This document shows, piece after piece, positions 1 through 10,416 of a stretch of 64,000 nt of DNA; position 1 is the stretch's first letter; every line of letters starts with the position of its first letter. The notes below the pieces were generated by a model, which worked only from the letters and a program-made list of their open reading frames with translations, was not told the origin of the DNA and did no database searches. The DNA lies in contig JADFYF010000001.1 of NCBI GenBank assembly GCA_015233165.1, positions 7,762 through 71,761 on the forward strand, read 5' to 3'. A program made the translations under genes and the position numbers. Origin of the DNA: Candidatus Omnitrophota bacterium (GTDB lineage Bacteria > Omnitrophota > Gorgyraeia > Zapsychrales > Fredricksoniimonadaceae).

Positions 1-1
1 G

Positions 2-370
2 AAGAAGATGGAGGAAGCGGGGAACCGTAAGTTGCTGTTAACGGAACGTGGCGTATCTTTTGGTTATAATAATTTGGTGAGTGATTTTCGTAGTTTAGAT
101 GTGATGAGAAAGACAGGTTATCCGGTTGTCTTTGATGCGACTCATAGCGTTCAGCAGCCAGGAGGATTAGGGCATGCATCTGGCGGGAACAGTGAGTATA
201 TTCCTCTCTTAGCCCGTTGTGCTGTGGCAGCAGGAGTAGACAGTATTTTTTTAGAAACGCATCCTAATCCATCCAAGTCGTTGTCGGATGGTCCCAATAT
301 GATCCCATTAAAGAATCTTGAGAAATTGTTAAAAGATTTGATTGCTATCGATAAGGTTATTAAAAAATAA
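2..370 (+). CDS. kdsA: Kdo-8-phosphate synthase (2-dehydro-3-deoxyphosphooctonate aldolase), C-terminal part; 5' end lies upstream of the window
   Basis: The ORF is open to the window edge. The stretch [13 protein letters not shown]...[26 protein letters not shown] matches the conserved C-terminal half of KdsA. It is followed by kdsD/kdsC/lpt genes. Confidence 0.85.
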   Translation, partial: KKMEEAGNRKLLLTERGVSFGYNNLVSDFRSLDVMRKTGYPVVFDATHSVQQPGGLGHASGGNSEYIPLLARCAVAAGVDSIFLETHPNPSKSLSDGPNMIPLKNLEKLLKDLIAIDKVIKK

Positions 371-1326
371 TGCTAAAACGCGCTGCTGAAGTCATTAATA
401 TTGAAGCCCAGGCTATCAAAGGTTTACTTAAACACCTAGACGCTAATTTTACTCAAGCCGTTGGTTTGATGGCGCAGTGTCAGGGGAGGGTTATTATTAC
501 CGGGATGGGAAAGACAGGGATTGTTGGGCGTAAAATTGCCGCCACGTTATCGTCGACCGGAACTCCTAGTGTTTTTATGCACAGCGCGGAGGCTGTTCAC
601 GGAGATTTAGGTCAGGTGACATCCAAGGATGTCTTAGTTGTTATTTCTCAAAGCGGCGAGACAGAAGAGACGACGAGGCTTTTGCCTTTAATTAAAAAGA
701 TTGGGGCAAAGACCATTGCCATCACAGGTAAATTCAATTCTACCTTAGCGAAACATAGCGATGTGGTTTTGAATGTCGGCGTAGAGAAGGAAGGCTGTCC
801 TCTGGGCTTAGCGCCCATGGCATCCACCACTGCAACCTTGGTGATGGGGGATGCCTTAGCCGCTTGCTTGATTGATCGTAAGAATTTTCGTAAAGAAGAC
901 TTTGCTTTGTATCATCCCGGCGGAAGTTTAGGTCGACGACTGCTCCTTAAGGTTGAAGATATTATGCGTAAGGATAGAGATTTAGCAAAGGTGAAATCCT
1001 CAATGAAGGTTAAAGATGTTTTGTTAGCGATTACTAAAGCGCGTTCAGGCTGCGCTTGTATTTTGGATGCTAAGGAGAAGTTGGTAGGGGTTTTTACGGA
1101 TGGAGATTTACGCAGGCACTTAGAAAAGGACACCCAGGTATTGTCTAGAACCGTCGAAGAGGTTATGACGAAGAAGCCCACCACCATTACTAAGGATCAA
1201 CTTGCCGCAGAAGCTTTTGATATTTTAAAGACAAAGAAAATCGATGAACTTCCGGTTGTTGATAAGAATCATAAATTGGTTGGTTTGGTCGATGTTCAGG
1301 ATCTATTGAAGGCAGGGTTGGTTTAG
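370..1326 (+). CDS. kdsD: Arabinose-5-phosphate isomerase (SIS domain + tandem CBS domains)
   Basis: SIS motifs GMGKTGIVGRKIAATLSSTG and VISQSGET are present, with a C-terminal CBS pair. The ATG overlaps the kdsA stop (TAATG). Context is the Kdo pathway. Confidence 0.9.
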   Translation: MLKRAAEVINIEAQAIKGLLKHLDANFTQAVGLMAQCQGRVIITGMGKTGIVGRKIAATLSSTGTPSVFMHSAEAVHGDLGQVTSKDVLVVISQSGETEETTRLLPLIKKIGAKTIAITGKFNSTLAKHSDVVLNVGVEKEGCPLGLAPMASTTATLVMGDALAACLIDRKNFRKEDFALYHPGGSLGRRLLLKVEDIMRKDRDLAKVKSSMKVKDVLLAITKARSGCACILDAKEKLVGVFTDGDLRRHLEKDTQVLSRTVEEVMTKKPTTITKDQLAAEAFDILKTKKIDELPVVDKNHKLVGLVDVQDLLKAGLV

Positions 1327-1328
1327 AT

Positions 1329-1814
1329 ATGATTCTTTATGGTGAAATTCTAAAAGAGTTTCAGAAACAAGAAGTTAAATATATTATCGTTGGTGGGATG
1401 GCGATTAATTTACATGGGTATTTAAGAAGTACGGCGGATATGGAGGTTTTGGTTGAGATGAGTGAAGTTAATCTTAAAAAGATTGTCACTATTCTTAGGA
1501 AAAAAGGTTATAGAGTTAAACAGCCGGTTGATCCGATGGGGATAGCTGATATGAAGACACGGCGCGATTGGATTCGTAATAAGAATATGAAGGCGTTTAA
1601 TTTTTATAAAGAAAAGGAAATGAAGGAAGTAGATATTATTATCGAATCACCGGTCACTTATGAAGCAGCCCAAAAGAATGTGTTACATTTGAAAATTGAT
1701 AACCTGACAGTCTTTGTTATCTCTATAGGAGATCTTATAAAAATGAAAAGCAAGGCTGGTCGAGAGATAGATCTTGCAGATGTTAAGCAACTTAAGAAGA
1801 TAAGACTATTATGA
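1329..1814 (+). CDS. Nucleotidyltransferase-fold protein (AbiEii/DUF6036-like), function unknown
   Basis: 161-aa ORF starting 2 nt after the kdsD stop. The N-terminal IVGGMAINLHGYLRSTADMEVLV resembles the minimal nucleotidyltransferase GG-x-A...HG...T-x-D-x-D/E pattern. Family assignment is from memory only. Confidence 0.45.
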   Translation: MILYGEILKEFQKQEVKYIIVGGMAINLHGYLRSTADMEVLVEMSEVNLKKIVTILRKKGYRVKQPVDPMGIADMKTRRDWIRNKNMKAFNFYKEKEMKEVDIIIESPVTYEAAQKNVLHLKIDNLTVFVISIGDLIKMKSKAGREIDLADVKQLKKIRLL

Positions 1815-1999
1815 AAAATGAAATAGATTTTGGTTTGAAGTCTGATGAAGATCGTCTGCAAAGATGGGTCAAGTTGTCCCCTAAGAAGAAATTAGAATGG
1901 CTTTATCAAATGCATATGTTTATACGAAAGGCGTATACGCCAAAACAAAAAGAAATATTTTGGAAGCTAAGAGAATCTGGGCAGGTTTCTGGTGCATAA
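1811..1999 (+). CDS. Small basic hypothetical protein (62 aa), translationally coupled to the preceding ORF
   Basis: ATGA overlap with the upstream ORF and an 8-nt overlap with the kdsC start. I recognise no motif. Confidence 0.4.
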   Translation: MKNEIDFGLKSDEDRLQRWVKLSPKKKLEWLYQMHMFIRKAYTPKQKEIFWKLRESGQVSGA

Positions 2000-2501
2000 T
2001 CAATTACAAAAAATCAAGGTTTTGATTGTTGATGTCGACGGTGTTTTGACGGATGGCGGCATTATTATGGATGCTAATGGTGTTGAAACTAAGCGCTTTA
2101 ATGTTCAAGATGGGTTGGGTTTAATTTTATGGAAGAAATGTGGTTATAAAAGCGCTATTATCTCAGCTCGCCAATCAGCGGTTGTAGCCCATCGAGCCAG
2201 TGATTTAAAGATCGATAAGGTTTTTGTAGGAGTTATCCCTAAACTTGGCGCGTATGAAGCTCTTCTCAAAGAGTGGCAAGTCAAGGATGAGGACGTTTGT
2301 TTTATTGGGGATGATTTGCCTGATCTTGAGATTCTCAAACGTGTAGGGTTTTCAGTCTCTGTGGATAATGCTGTTTTTGAAGTAAAGTCGATTGTTCATT
2401 ATGTCAGTCGTAAAAAAGGTGGAGAAGGAGCTGTTCGTGAGATTATTGAATTAATTCTCAAGGCTCAAGGGAAAGATATTACTAAACTTTATGAACATTA
2501 A
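1992..2501 (+). CDS. kdsC: Kdo-8-phosphate phosphatase (HAD superfamily)
   Basis: HAD motif I VDVDGVLTDG and motif GDDLPD, with a GTG start. It sits between kdsD and lptC as in the canonical kdsD-kdsC-lptC-lptA-lptB cluster. Confidence 0.85.
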   Translation: MHNQLQKIKVLIVDVDGVLTDGGIIMDANGVETKRFNVQDGLGLILWKKCGYKSAIISARQSAVVAHRASDLKIDKVFVGVIPKLGAYEALLKEWQVKDEDVCFIGDDLPDLEILKRVGFSVSVDNAVFEVKSIVHYVSRKKGGEGAVREIIELILKAQGKDITKLYEH

Positions 2502-3102
2502 GATTCTATTTTCAATGATGGGGCTGTTCTTTAGTTTTATAATTTCTGCTTATGCGGATAGCGGAATCCAGCAACAGCTGCAGGGCTTTAATTTGAACGG
2601 GTATAACAATACTGGACAAAAGACATGGCAGGTCAATGGAGATAAAGCTGATATCTCGGATGACAAAATTAAGATTACCAATGTTGATGCTAACTTTTAT
2701 GGTAAAGAAAAGGCGAATTTAACGTCGAAGACAGGAACAATTGATAAGATTAGCGGCCAGGTTCACTTGCAGGATGATGTGGTGATTACTTCGGAACGCG
2801 GCACCAAGATGACCACGGATAGTTTGGATTGGAACCGTAATAAAGATTTAATTACAACGAATGATAGGGTTAAGTTCACAGATGAGCAGGGTGTTGTGAC
2901 GGGCAAGGGAATGACGGTTCATCCTAACTTAAAGCAGGGTTCTATTAATGAAAATGTGAAGGCTGTGATGAAAACATCTTCTCATTCCAAAAAACCACTT
3001 GATCCTCAAAAGGTGACGATTACCTGCGATGGGCCTATGCAGATGGACCAGTTGAATTTTCATGCCACCTTCTCTGTGAATGTGATCGCTTCAGAAGAAT
3101 AG
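2491..3102 (+). CDS. lptC: LptC-like LPS export protein whose C-terminus runs into an OstA/LptA-like domain; ends at an in-frame TAG
   Basis: N-terminal membrane anchor or signal sequence, then LptC-like beta-jellyroll sequence (QVHLQDDVVITSERGTKMTTDSLDW...VTGKGM). It holds the lptC position in the kds/lpt cluster. The same reading frame continues into the next ORF after one TAG. Confidence 0.6.
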   Translation: MNIKILFSMMGLFFSFIISAYADSGIQQQLQGFNLNGYNNTGQKTWQVNGDKADISDDKIKITNVDANFYGKEKANLTSKTGTIDKISGQVHLQDDVVITSERGTKMTTDSLDWNRNKDLITTNDRVKFTDEQGVVTGKGMTVHPNLKQGSINENVKAVMKTSSHSKKPLDPQKVTITCDGPMQMDQLNFHATFSVNVIASEE

Positions 3103-3129
3103 ACTGACCGTCATTTATATGCAGACAAG

Positions 3130-3345
3130 ATGGATGTTTGGTTTGATGAAAAGACTAAAAAAATCAAGAAGGTTGTTTGTACAGGACACGTGAAATCGGT
3201 TCAAGGTCAAAATGTTAGTTATTCAGAGGGGATGATATATACGGGAACGGATCAAAAATTAATTATGACGGGTCGTCCCAAGATTGTTTTTGATACAGGT
3301 AGCACTAAAGGTGATGGGATGTTTCAAAAGGTGGGTGAAAAATAA
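3130..3345 (+). CDS. lptA: LptA/OstA-N-like fragment, in frame with the preceding ORF (single TAG at 3100-3102 separates them)
   Basis: (3130-2491) is divisible by 3. The sequence LYADKMDVWFDEKTKKIKKVVCTGHVKSVQGQNVSYSEGMIYTGTDQKLIMTGRPKI has the OstA_N repeat pattern (ad-k-l...a-GnV...). It is too short (71 aa) to be a complete LptA alone. Confidence 0.5.
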   Translation: MDVWFDEKTKKIKKVVCTGHVKSVQGQNVSYSEGMIYTGTDQKLIMTGRPKIVFDTGSTKGDGMFQKVGEK

Positions 3346-4068
3346 ATGCGTTTATTAGAAGCTAGGAATTTAGTAAAAATTTATAATGGTCGTCGTGTCG
3401 TCGATGGTTTAAGTATCACTGTCGGTCGTTCAGAAATTGTTGGACTACTAGGGCCTAATGGGGCTGGAAAAACAACGTCTTTTTATATGGCGGTTGGAAT
3501 CGTCTCTCCGGATGAAGGTCAGATTATTTTTGATCAGGAAGATATTACAAAGAAACCCATTCATGAACGCTGCCGTTTGGGAATGGGCTATTTAGCTCAA
3601 GAATCTTCTATTTTTAGAAAATTAACAGTGGCTCAAAATATCATGGCGATCTTAGAAACCTTGCCCATAGGTCCTGCGGAACGCAAACGGCGTTTAGAGT
3701 CTTTATTGGAAGAATTAAACATTTCTCATTTAGCAAAATCTAAGGCGTACACTCTTTCTGGTGGGGAACGTCGTCGTCTAGAGATTACTCGCGCCTTGGT
3801 GACGAATCCTTCGTTTTTATTGCTAGATGAACCTTTTTCTGGCATAGATCCTATTGTTGTCGCTGAAGCTCAGGAGATTATTAAAGATTTAAAAAAACGT
3901 GGTCTTGGAATTTTGTTAACTGATCATAATGTGCGCGAAACTTTATCCATCACGGATCGGGCTTATTTGGTCGCTGATGGGCGTTTGTTGATTTCGGGAA
4001 CGGCACAGGATTTAATTAATGATCAAAAGGCTAGAAAGATTTATTTGGGTGAGAAGTTTAGTATGTAG
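3346..4068 (+). CDS. lptB: LPS export ABC transporter ATP-binding protein
   Basis: Walker A GPNGAGKTT, ABC signature LSGGERRR and Walker B LLLDEP. Size is 240 aa. Its position directly follows lptC/lptA. Confidence 0.9.
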   Translation: MRLLEARNLVKIYNGRRVVDGLSITVGRSEIVGLLGPNGAGKTTSFYMAVGIVSPDEGQIIFDQEDITKKPIHERCRLGMGYLAQESSIFRKLTVAQNIMAILETLPIGPAERKRRLESLLEELNISHLAKSKAYTLSGGERRRLEITRALVTNPSFLLLDEPFSGIDPIVVAEAQEIIKDLKKRGLGILLTDHNVRETLSITDRAYLVADGRLLISGTAQDLINDQKARKIYLGEKFSM

Positions 4069-4069
4069 T

Positions 4070-4087
4070 GGCCGAGCATGCTCGGCC
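4070..4087 (+). terminator. Perfect 18-nt palindrome GGCCGAGCATGCTCGGCC directly after lptB
   Basis: Read directly from the sequence. No U-tract follows, so it may be an RNA-stability hairpin rather than an intrinsic terminator. Confidence 0.3.
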
Positions 4088-4141
4088 AGTACTGGAATGT
4101 GGTAGATGTTGATCTATCCATAATAATGAAAGGGAAACATA

Positions 4142-5032
4142 ATGAAAGTCGAAGTTAAGAAAGTAGATGCATTAACACGTGAATTAAAATTTGAGGTCCC
4201 TCGTGAGAGAGTTACTAAAGCGATGGATGAAGTTTATAATGAAATTAATAAGCATGCTAAGGTGAAGGGTTTTCGTCCAGGGAAGGTTCCTCGTCATATT
4301 TTAACCGCTTCTCACGGGAAGATGGCTCAGGAAGAAACTATCAAGAAACTTATTCCTGAGGCATATCATCAAGGAATTGGTGAACAACAGTTAGATCCTA
4401 TTGATTTACCAGAGATTAGCGCTGTGGATTTAAAAGATGGAGTCTTAACCTTCATTGCTACATTAGATCTTCGACCTGAAGTCAAAATCGATCATTATAA
4501 GGGTATTAAAGTAAAGCCTCAGGACAATAAGGTTTCTGAAGAAGAGGTTAATAAAACCTTAGAATTCTTCAAAAAAGGCCAGGGAGATAAAGAAGTCACT
4601 GTAGACGATGCTTTTGCTAAAGGAATGGGCTTTCCTTCCTTACAAGATTTCAAGGATGCCTTGAGTCGTCAGCTTCAGATGGATAAGGATCGTAAGAATC
4701 GCATGGAAATAGAAAATCAAATTGTTGAAGAGTTGGTAAAAAATGCTAAATTAACTGTTCCTCAATCCTTGGTTAAGCGTCAATTGATTTATCGTACTCA
4801 GGAGGCCTTAAAACGTTTTAAGAATCATAATTTATCTGCGGATGAGTTAAAGAATAAGGAAGAGGAAATTCGCAAGGAATTAGAGAAGGTTGTCGAGAGA
4901 GACGTAAAGGTTTATCTTATTCTAGAAGAGATTGCAAAGTTAGAGAAAATTGAAGCTAATGAAAAAGGTCAGGTCGCAGGTCAGGTGATCGAACTTTTAC
5001 TCAAAGAAGCTAAATGGGAGGAAACTAAATAA
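4142..5032 (+). CDS. tig: Trigger factor lacking the FKBP PPIase domain (296 aa)
   Basis: N-terminal ribosome-binding domain with the GFRPGKVP signature and a C-terminal chaperone-arm region. It is adjacent to clpP as in many bacteria. About 100 aa of the PPIase domain are absent. Confidence 0.8.
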   Translation: MKVEVKKVDALTRELKFEVPRERVTKAMDEVYNEINKHAKVKGFRPGKVPRHILTASHGKMAQEETIKKLIPEAYHQGIGEQQLDPIDLPEISAVDLKDGVLTFIATLDLRPEVKIDHYKGIKVKPQDNKVSEEEVNKTLEFFKKGQGDKEVTVDDAFAKGMGFPSLQDFKDALSRQLQMDKDRKNRMEIENQIVEELVKNAKLTVPQSLVKRQLIYRTQEALKRFKNHNLSADELKNKEEEIRKELEKVVERDVKVYLILEEIAKLEKIEANEKGQVAGQVIELLLKEAKWEETK

Positions 5033-5637
5033 TGGAAAGATCACAGCTTTTAGTCCCAATGGTTGTTGAAAAAAGTAGTCACGGTGAACGTGCGTATGAT
5101 ATTTATTCACGATTGCTGAAAGAACGTATTATTTTCTTAGGCACAGGGATTGATGATCATGTGGCTAATTTAGTCATCGCTCAGTTGCTCTTTTTGCAAT
5201 CCGAAGATAAAGAAAAAGACATTTACATTTATGTGAATTCTCCCGGCGGGTCTGTTACCGCTGGTTTGGCGATTTATGACACCATGCAATATATCAAACC
5301 TGATGTTTCAACGATTTGTATTGGTCAGGCTGCCAGTATGGGTGCCGTCCTTTTAACCGCCGGTACCAAGGGTAAACGGTATGCCTTACCTAATGCTCGT
5401 ATCATGATTCATCAGCCCTGGGGTGGAGCGCAAGGGACAGCTTCTGATATTTCTATTCAAGCTGAAGAAATTCTACGCATGAAAGAAGAGCTTAATAAAA
5501 TTCTTGCTAACCATAGTGGTCAGACTCTCGATCGTCTTAAGAAAGATACAGATCGCGATTTTTTTATGTCCGCTCAGCAAGCGAAGGATTATGGTCTTGT
5601 GGATGGTGTCATTACTCATTTAGGGGAAGCTAAATAG
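5032..5637 (+). CDS. clpP: ATP-dependent Clp protease proteolytic subunit
   Basis: [19 protein letters not shown], catalytic region GQAASMGA and IMIHQP. ATG overlaps the tig stop. Confidence 0.95.
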   Translation: MERSQLLVPMVVEKSSHGERAYDIYSRLLKERIIFLGTGIDDHVANLVIAQLLFLQSEDKEKDIYIYVNSPGGSVTAGLAIYDTMQYIKPDVSTICIGQAASMGAVLLTAGTKGKRYALPNARIMIHQPWGGAQGTASDISIQAEEILRMKEELNKILANHSGQTLDRLKKDTDRDFFMSAQQAKDYGLVDGVITHLGEAK

Positions 5638-5659
5638 TTTTAATTGAGAAAGGAAGTAT

Positions 5660-6802
5660 ATGAAACGCAATTTGTTGTTAACACCGGGTCCAACTCAAGT
5701 TCCACCGAATCTATGCGCTGCGTTGGGAAAGCCAATCATTCATCATCGGACACCTGCCTTTCAGGATAATATCAAACAGGTGGTCGAAGGTTTGAAGGAA
5801 GTTTATCAAACCAAGAATGATATTTATATTTTAACCTCATCAGGTTCCGGAGCTATGGAAGCGGCTGTCGTTAATTTGGTTTCACCGGGGGATACAGTGA
5901 TTGCGGTTGATGGTGGGAAATTTGGTGAACGCTGGGTTGAATTATGTCAAACCTATAAAGCGAATACCATTGTTCATAAAGTTCAATGGGGGAAGGTTCC
6001 CACAGCAGAAGAGATTAAGAAACTTTTAACAGCTCATCCGGATACCAAGGCTGTCTTTATTACCTTAGCTGAAACATCCACAGGTGTCACACCTCACGTT
6101 AAAGCTATTGGGGACGTTGTCAAAGAGACCAAGGCGGTATTGGTTGTTGACGCTGTTTCTGGTTTGGCTGTACAGGAAATTAAAACGGATGAATGGCATT
6201 GCGATATGGTTGTCTCAGGATCCCACAAAGGTTTGATGTTGCCTCCCGGATTAGCCTTTGTCAGTGCCAGTCCTAAGGCGATTGAGTTGATTAATCAATC
6301 GACGACACCTAAATATTATTTTGATTTGAAAGAGTGTAAGAAGGCGATGGAGAAAACAGATACACCGTTTACTCCGGCGATTGGTGTTTTGATTGCCTTA
6401 GTGGATAGTCTGAATATGATTAAAAAAGAAGGTTTACAGAATATGTTTGCCCGTTATATTCTTTTAGCCAAAGCGACCCGTGCAGGGTGTGCTGCCATTG
6501 GATTAACCATGTTTCCTGATGCGGACTGCGCCACCAATGTGTTAACGGCTGTCAATGTTCCCTCTGGTATCGACGGGGAAAAGTTGACTAAGATCATGCG
6601 TGATACCTATGGAATTACCTTTGCGGGTGGTCAGGATCATCTTAAGGGTAAGGTGATTCGTATGGCTCATATGGGTGCTTTGGATGAATATGATATTCTA
6701 ACTGGATTGGCTTGTTTGGAAAAAGTATTACACCAAATGGGACATAAATTTGAATTAGGGGCAGCCTTGACTGCCGCTCAAAAAGTTCTCAATCAAAAAT
6801 AG
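5660..6802 (+). CDS. Class V aminotransferase (serine-glyoxylate / archaeal-type phosphoserine aminotransferase family)
   Basis: N-terminal LLTPGPT and PLP-lysine region SGSHKGLMLPPG. It lies immediately upstream of serA, suggesting a serC-like role. Confidence 0.7.
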   Translation: MKRNLLLTPGPTQVPPNLCAALGKPIIHHRTPAFQDNIKQVVEGLKEVYQTKNDIYILTSSGSGAMEAAVVNLVSPGDTVIAVDGGKFGERWVELCQTYKANTIVHKVQWGKVPTAEEIKKLLTAHPDTKAVFITLAETSTGVTPHVKAIGDVVKETKAVLVVDAVSGLAVQEIKTDEWHCDMVVSGSHKGLMLPPGLAFVSASPKAIELINQSTTPKYYFDLKECKKAMEKTDTPFTPAIGVLIALVDSLNMIKKEGLQNMFARYILLAKATRAGCAAIGLTMFPDADCATNVLTAVNVPSGIDGEKLTKIMRDTYGITFAGGQDHLKGKVIRMAHMGALDEYDILTGLACLEKVLHQMGHKFELGAALTAAQKVLNQK

Positions 6803-6815
6803 AAATGAGGATGGT

Positions 6816-8402
6816 ATGTATAAGGTTTTAATTAGCGATAAATTAGAAAAAGAAGGTTTGGATATTTTAACGGCTGATAAGAATTTTCAGGTCGATTGCA
6901 AGTTTGGAATTCCAGCAGCTGAATTAAAAAGTATCATCAAAGATTATGATGCATTGATCGTCCGTTCCGGAACTCAGGTCACCGCAGAGATTATTGAAGT
7001 TGCTGATAAGCTGAAGGTGATTGGTCGTGCTGGTGTTGGGTTAGACAATGTCGATTTATCTGCGGCCACTAAAAAAGGTGTTGTGGCGATGAATACTCCT
7101 GCCGGTAATACGACATCCACCGCCGAGCACACGATGAGTATGATCATGGCGTTGTCCCGTAATATTCCGCAAGCTGTTGCTTCTTTAAGAGGTGGTAAGT
7201 GGGAACGTAATAAGTTTACCGGCGTTGAACTTTATGGCAAGACCTTAGGGATTATCGGTTTAGGCCGCATTGGGACAACCGTTGCTAAAATGGCTCAAGC
7301 TTTTGGAATGGTAACGATGGGGTATGATCCTTATCTGTCTGCTGAAATTGCAGCTAAGAATGGTATTCAATTAGCAGAGCTTGATGAAATTTATAAGAGC
7401 GCTGATTACATTACGGTGCATATTCCGAAGACAGATGAAACAACGAATATGATCGGTGACAAGCAGATTGCCTTGATGAAAAAAACAGCGCGTTTAGTTA
7501 ACTGTGCTCGGGGCGGGATTATCGAGGAGAAAGCTTTGATTAAAGCTTTGGAAGAAAAGCGCATCGCGGGCGCAGCGATAGACGTTTATGATGTCGAGCC
7601 TCCTGATTTTACGTCTCCACTTTTTAAATTAGATAATTGCATCACAACTCCTCATTTAGGGGCTTCGACATCTGAGGCTCAGGTGAATGTGGCTATTGAA
7701 ATTGCCCATGCCGTTAAAGATGCTCTTTCAGGTCGAGGAATTCGTAATGCCGCTAATTTCCCCTCGCTGTCTGCCGAAGCTTATAAGGCGATTGAGCCTT
7801 ATTTAGACCTAGCGGATAAAATGGGTAACTTTGCCGGTCAGTTGGTGCAGGGTCGGATCAAAGAAGTAAAGATCACCTACAGCGGCGCTGTGGCTAAAGA
7901 AAAAGTCTCTGCGGTTACGATGGCCGTTGCTAAAGGGTTATTGGCTCCTATCTTAGGTGAAACAGTCAATACCATTAATGCGATGAATCTGATGAAGGAA
8001 CGTGGTATTAATGTTCAGGAAATTGTATCAACCCAAGAAGGGGAGTATGTAAATGCGATCGCTCTGGATGTGAGTACAGATAAAGATCCATTTTCATTAT
8101 TAGGAACACTCTCAAGTAATCAACAGTCTCGTATTGTTAAAATCAATAATGTCTATGTGGAGGCAACTCCGTCGGGGCATATGTTGTTTATCAATAATAA
8201 TGATAAGCCAGGTATTATCGGAGCTATTGGTACTATTTTGGCTCAAGCTAATATTAATATTGCAGGTATTACCTTAGGTCGTGAGAATCAAGAAGGTGTT
8301 GCCGTCAGTGTTGTTAATGTGGATAGTGAAATACCCGAGGCTGTCATTGCTAATTTAAGGCAGACAAAGAATATTTTATTTGTTAAAGCTATTAAGGTTT
8401 AA
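6816..8402 (+). CDS. serA: D-3-phosphoglycerate dehydrogenase (long form with ASB and ACT domains)
   Basis: NAD-binding motif GIIGLGRIG, the 2-hydroxyacid dehydrogenase motif CARGG, and a C-terminal ACT-like region. 528 aa. Confidence 0.9.
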   Translation: MYKVLISDKLEKEGLDILTADKNFQVDCKFGIPAAELKSIIKDYDALIVRSGTQVTAEIIEVADKLKVIGRAGVGLDNVDLSAATKKGVVAMNTPAGNTTSTAEHTMSMIMALSRNIPQAVASLRGGKWERNKFTGVELYGKTLGIIGLGRIGTTVAKMAQAFGMVTMGYDPYLSAEIAAKNGIQLAELDEIYKSADYITVHIPKTDETTNMIGDKQIALMKKTARLVNCARGGIIEEKALIKALEEKRIAGAAIDVYDVEPPDFTSPLFKLDNCITTPHLGASTSEAQVNVAIEIAHAVKDALSGRGIRNAANFPSLSAEAYKAIEPYLDLADKMGNFAGQLVQGRIKEVKITYSGAVAKEKVSAVTMAVAKGLLAPILGETVNTINAMNLMKERGINVQEIVSTQEGEYVNAIALDVSTDKDPFSLLGTLSSNQQSRIVKINNVYVEATPSGHMLFINNNDKPGIIGAIGTILAQANINIAGITLGRENQEGVAVSVVNVDSEIPEAVIANLRQTKNILFVKAIKV

Positions 8403-8407
8403 CATTT

Positions 8408-9058
8408 ATGCCCAATGATCTGTGGTGGGTCCCGTTGGCGGCCGGATTACAGGATGGAATTAACCCCTGCTTTTTGTTGACGGCAGCCTTGATATTATTG
8501 TGGCTCCGTTGGTGTCAGAGGGTAAATATTAATAAACTTTGTCTTCTGTTGTTTTTGTTGTCAATAATATTAACTAAGTTTATATTTAATATTGGACTAT
8601 TAGACAGGATTCTTCTTAATAACTATTTTCAACCCATAGCTAAATGTTTTTATGTTTTAGTAGCTATTGTTGTTGGGTTAAATGGGTTAATGTTTTTAAA
8701 GCAGTGGTTTGGTTTACTAAAGGGGAAGGATGTTAAGGCTGGAGTATTTATTAGTCGATCTTTTTCTTTTGTAGATTTGCTATTGGGGGCGATTCTTGCT
8801 GGTATTGTGTTGGGATCTTTCTTACCGTTATGGCCGGTAAATTATTACATTCTTGCCAGCAGTATTCATATGATGATGCCTGGTCAGGAAATAGCGTTAG
8901 GTTTAATGATTGTGTTTTATACAGTGCTTAGTTTCTGGATGGTCTACGTAATGATATGGGTTTCGTCTTTGGAGTCTTCTAACCAAAGATTGTTTAAGAT
9001 GATGGCTGCTGCCGTCTTATTATCTGCATCCTTAGGTGTCATAACATTATTTTTATGA
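8408..9058 (+). CDS. Polytopic membrane protein, unknown function
   Basis: 216 aa with about 6 hydrophobic segments. The N-terminal GLQDGINPC motif is faintly reminiscent of CcdA/DsbD-type thiol transporters, but I cannot confirm this. Confidence 0.5.
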   Translation: MPNDLWWVPLAAGLQDGINPCFLLTAALILLWLRWCQRVNINKLCLLLFLLSIILTKFIFNIGLLDRILLNNYFQPIAKCFYVLVAIVVGLNGLMFLKQWFGLLKGKDVKAGVFISRSFSFVDLLLGAILAGIVLGSFLPLWPVNYYILASSIHMMMPGQEIALGLMIVFYTVLSFWMVYVMIWVSSLESSNQRLFKMMAAAVLLSASLGVITLFL

Positions 9059-9066
9059 AAGGTTAA

Positions 9067-10344
<1,278 letters not shown>

Positions 10345-10346
10345 GC

Positions 10347-10375
10347 TTGACTTTGATTGTACCCTATGTTAATTT
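10347..10375 (+). promoter_or_regulatory. Sigma70-like promoter candidate (TTGACT-N17-TAATTT)
   Basis: TTGACT at 10347-10352, a 17-nt spacer, and TAATTT at 10370-10375. It lies about 45 nt upstream of the OmpA-like gene, which has a strong AAGGAGG RBS. Confidence 0.35.
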
Positions 10376-10416
10376 GAAACATAAAATTTGATTAATTATT
10401 TTCAAGGAGGAATTCA

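Noticed and set aside
3100-3102. Idea that TAG is reassigned genome-wide (a stop-codon recoding lineage), which would explain the lptA interruption.
   Set aside because: TAG terminates several well-defined genes at their expected ends: kdsD at 1324-1326, lptB at 4066-4068, clpP at 5635-5637, the aminotransferase at 6800-6802 and nusA at 19417-19419. A global reassignment is therefore not supported.
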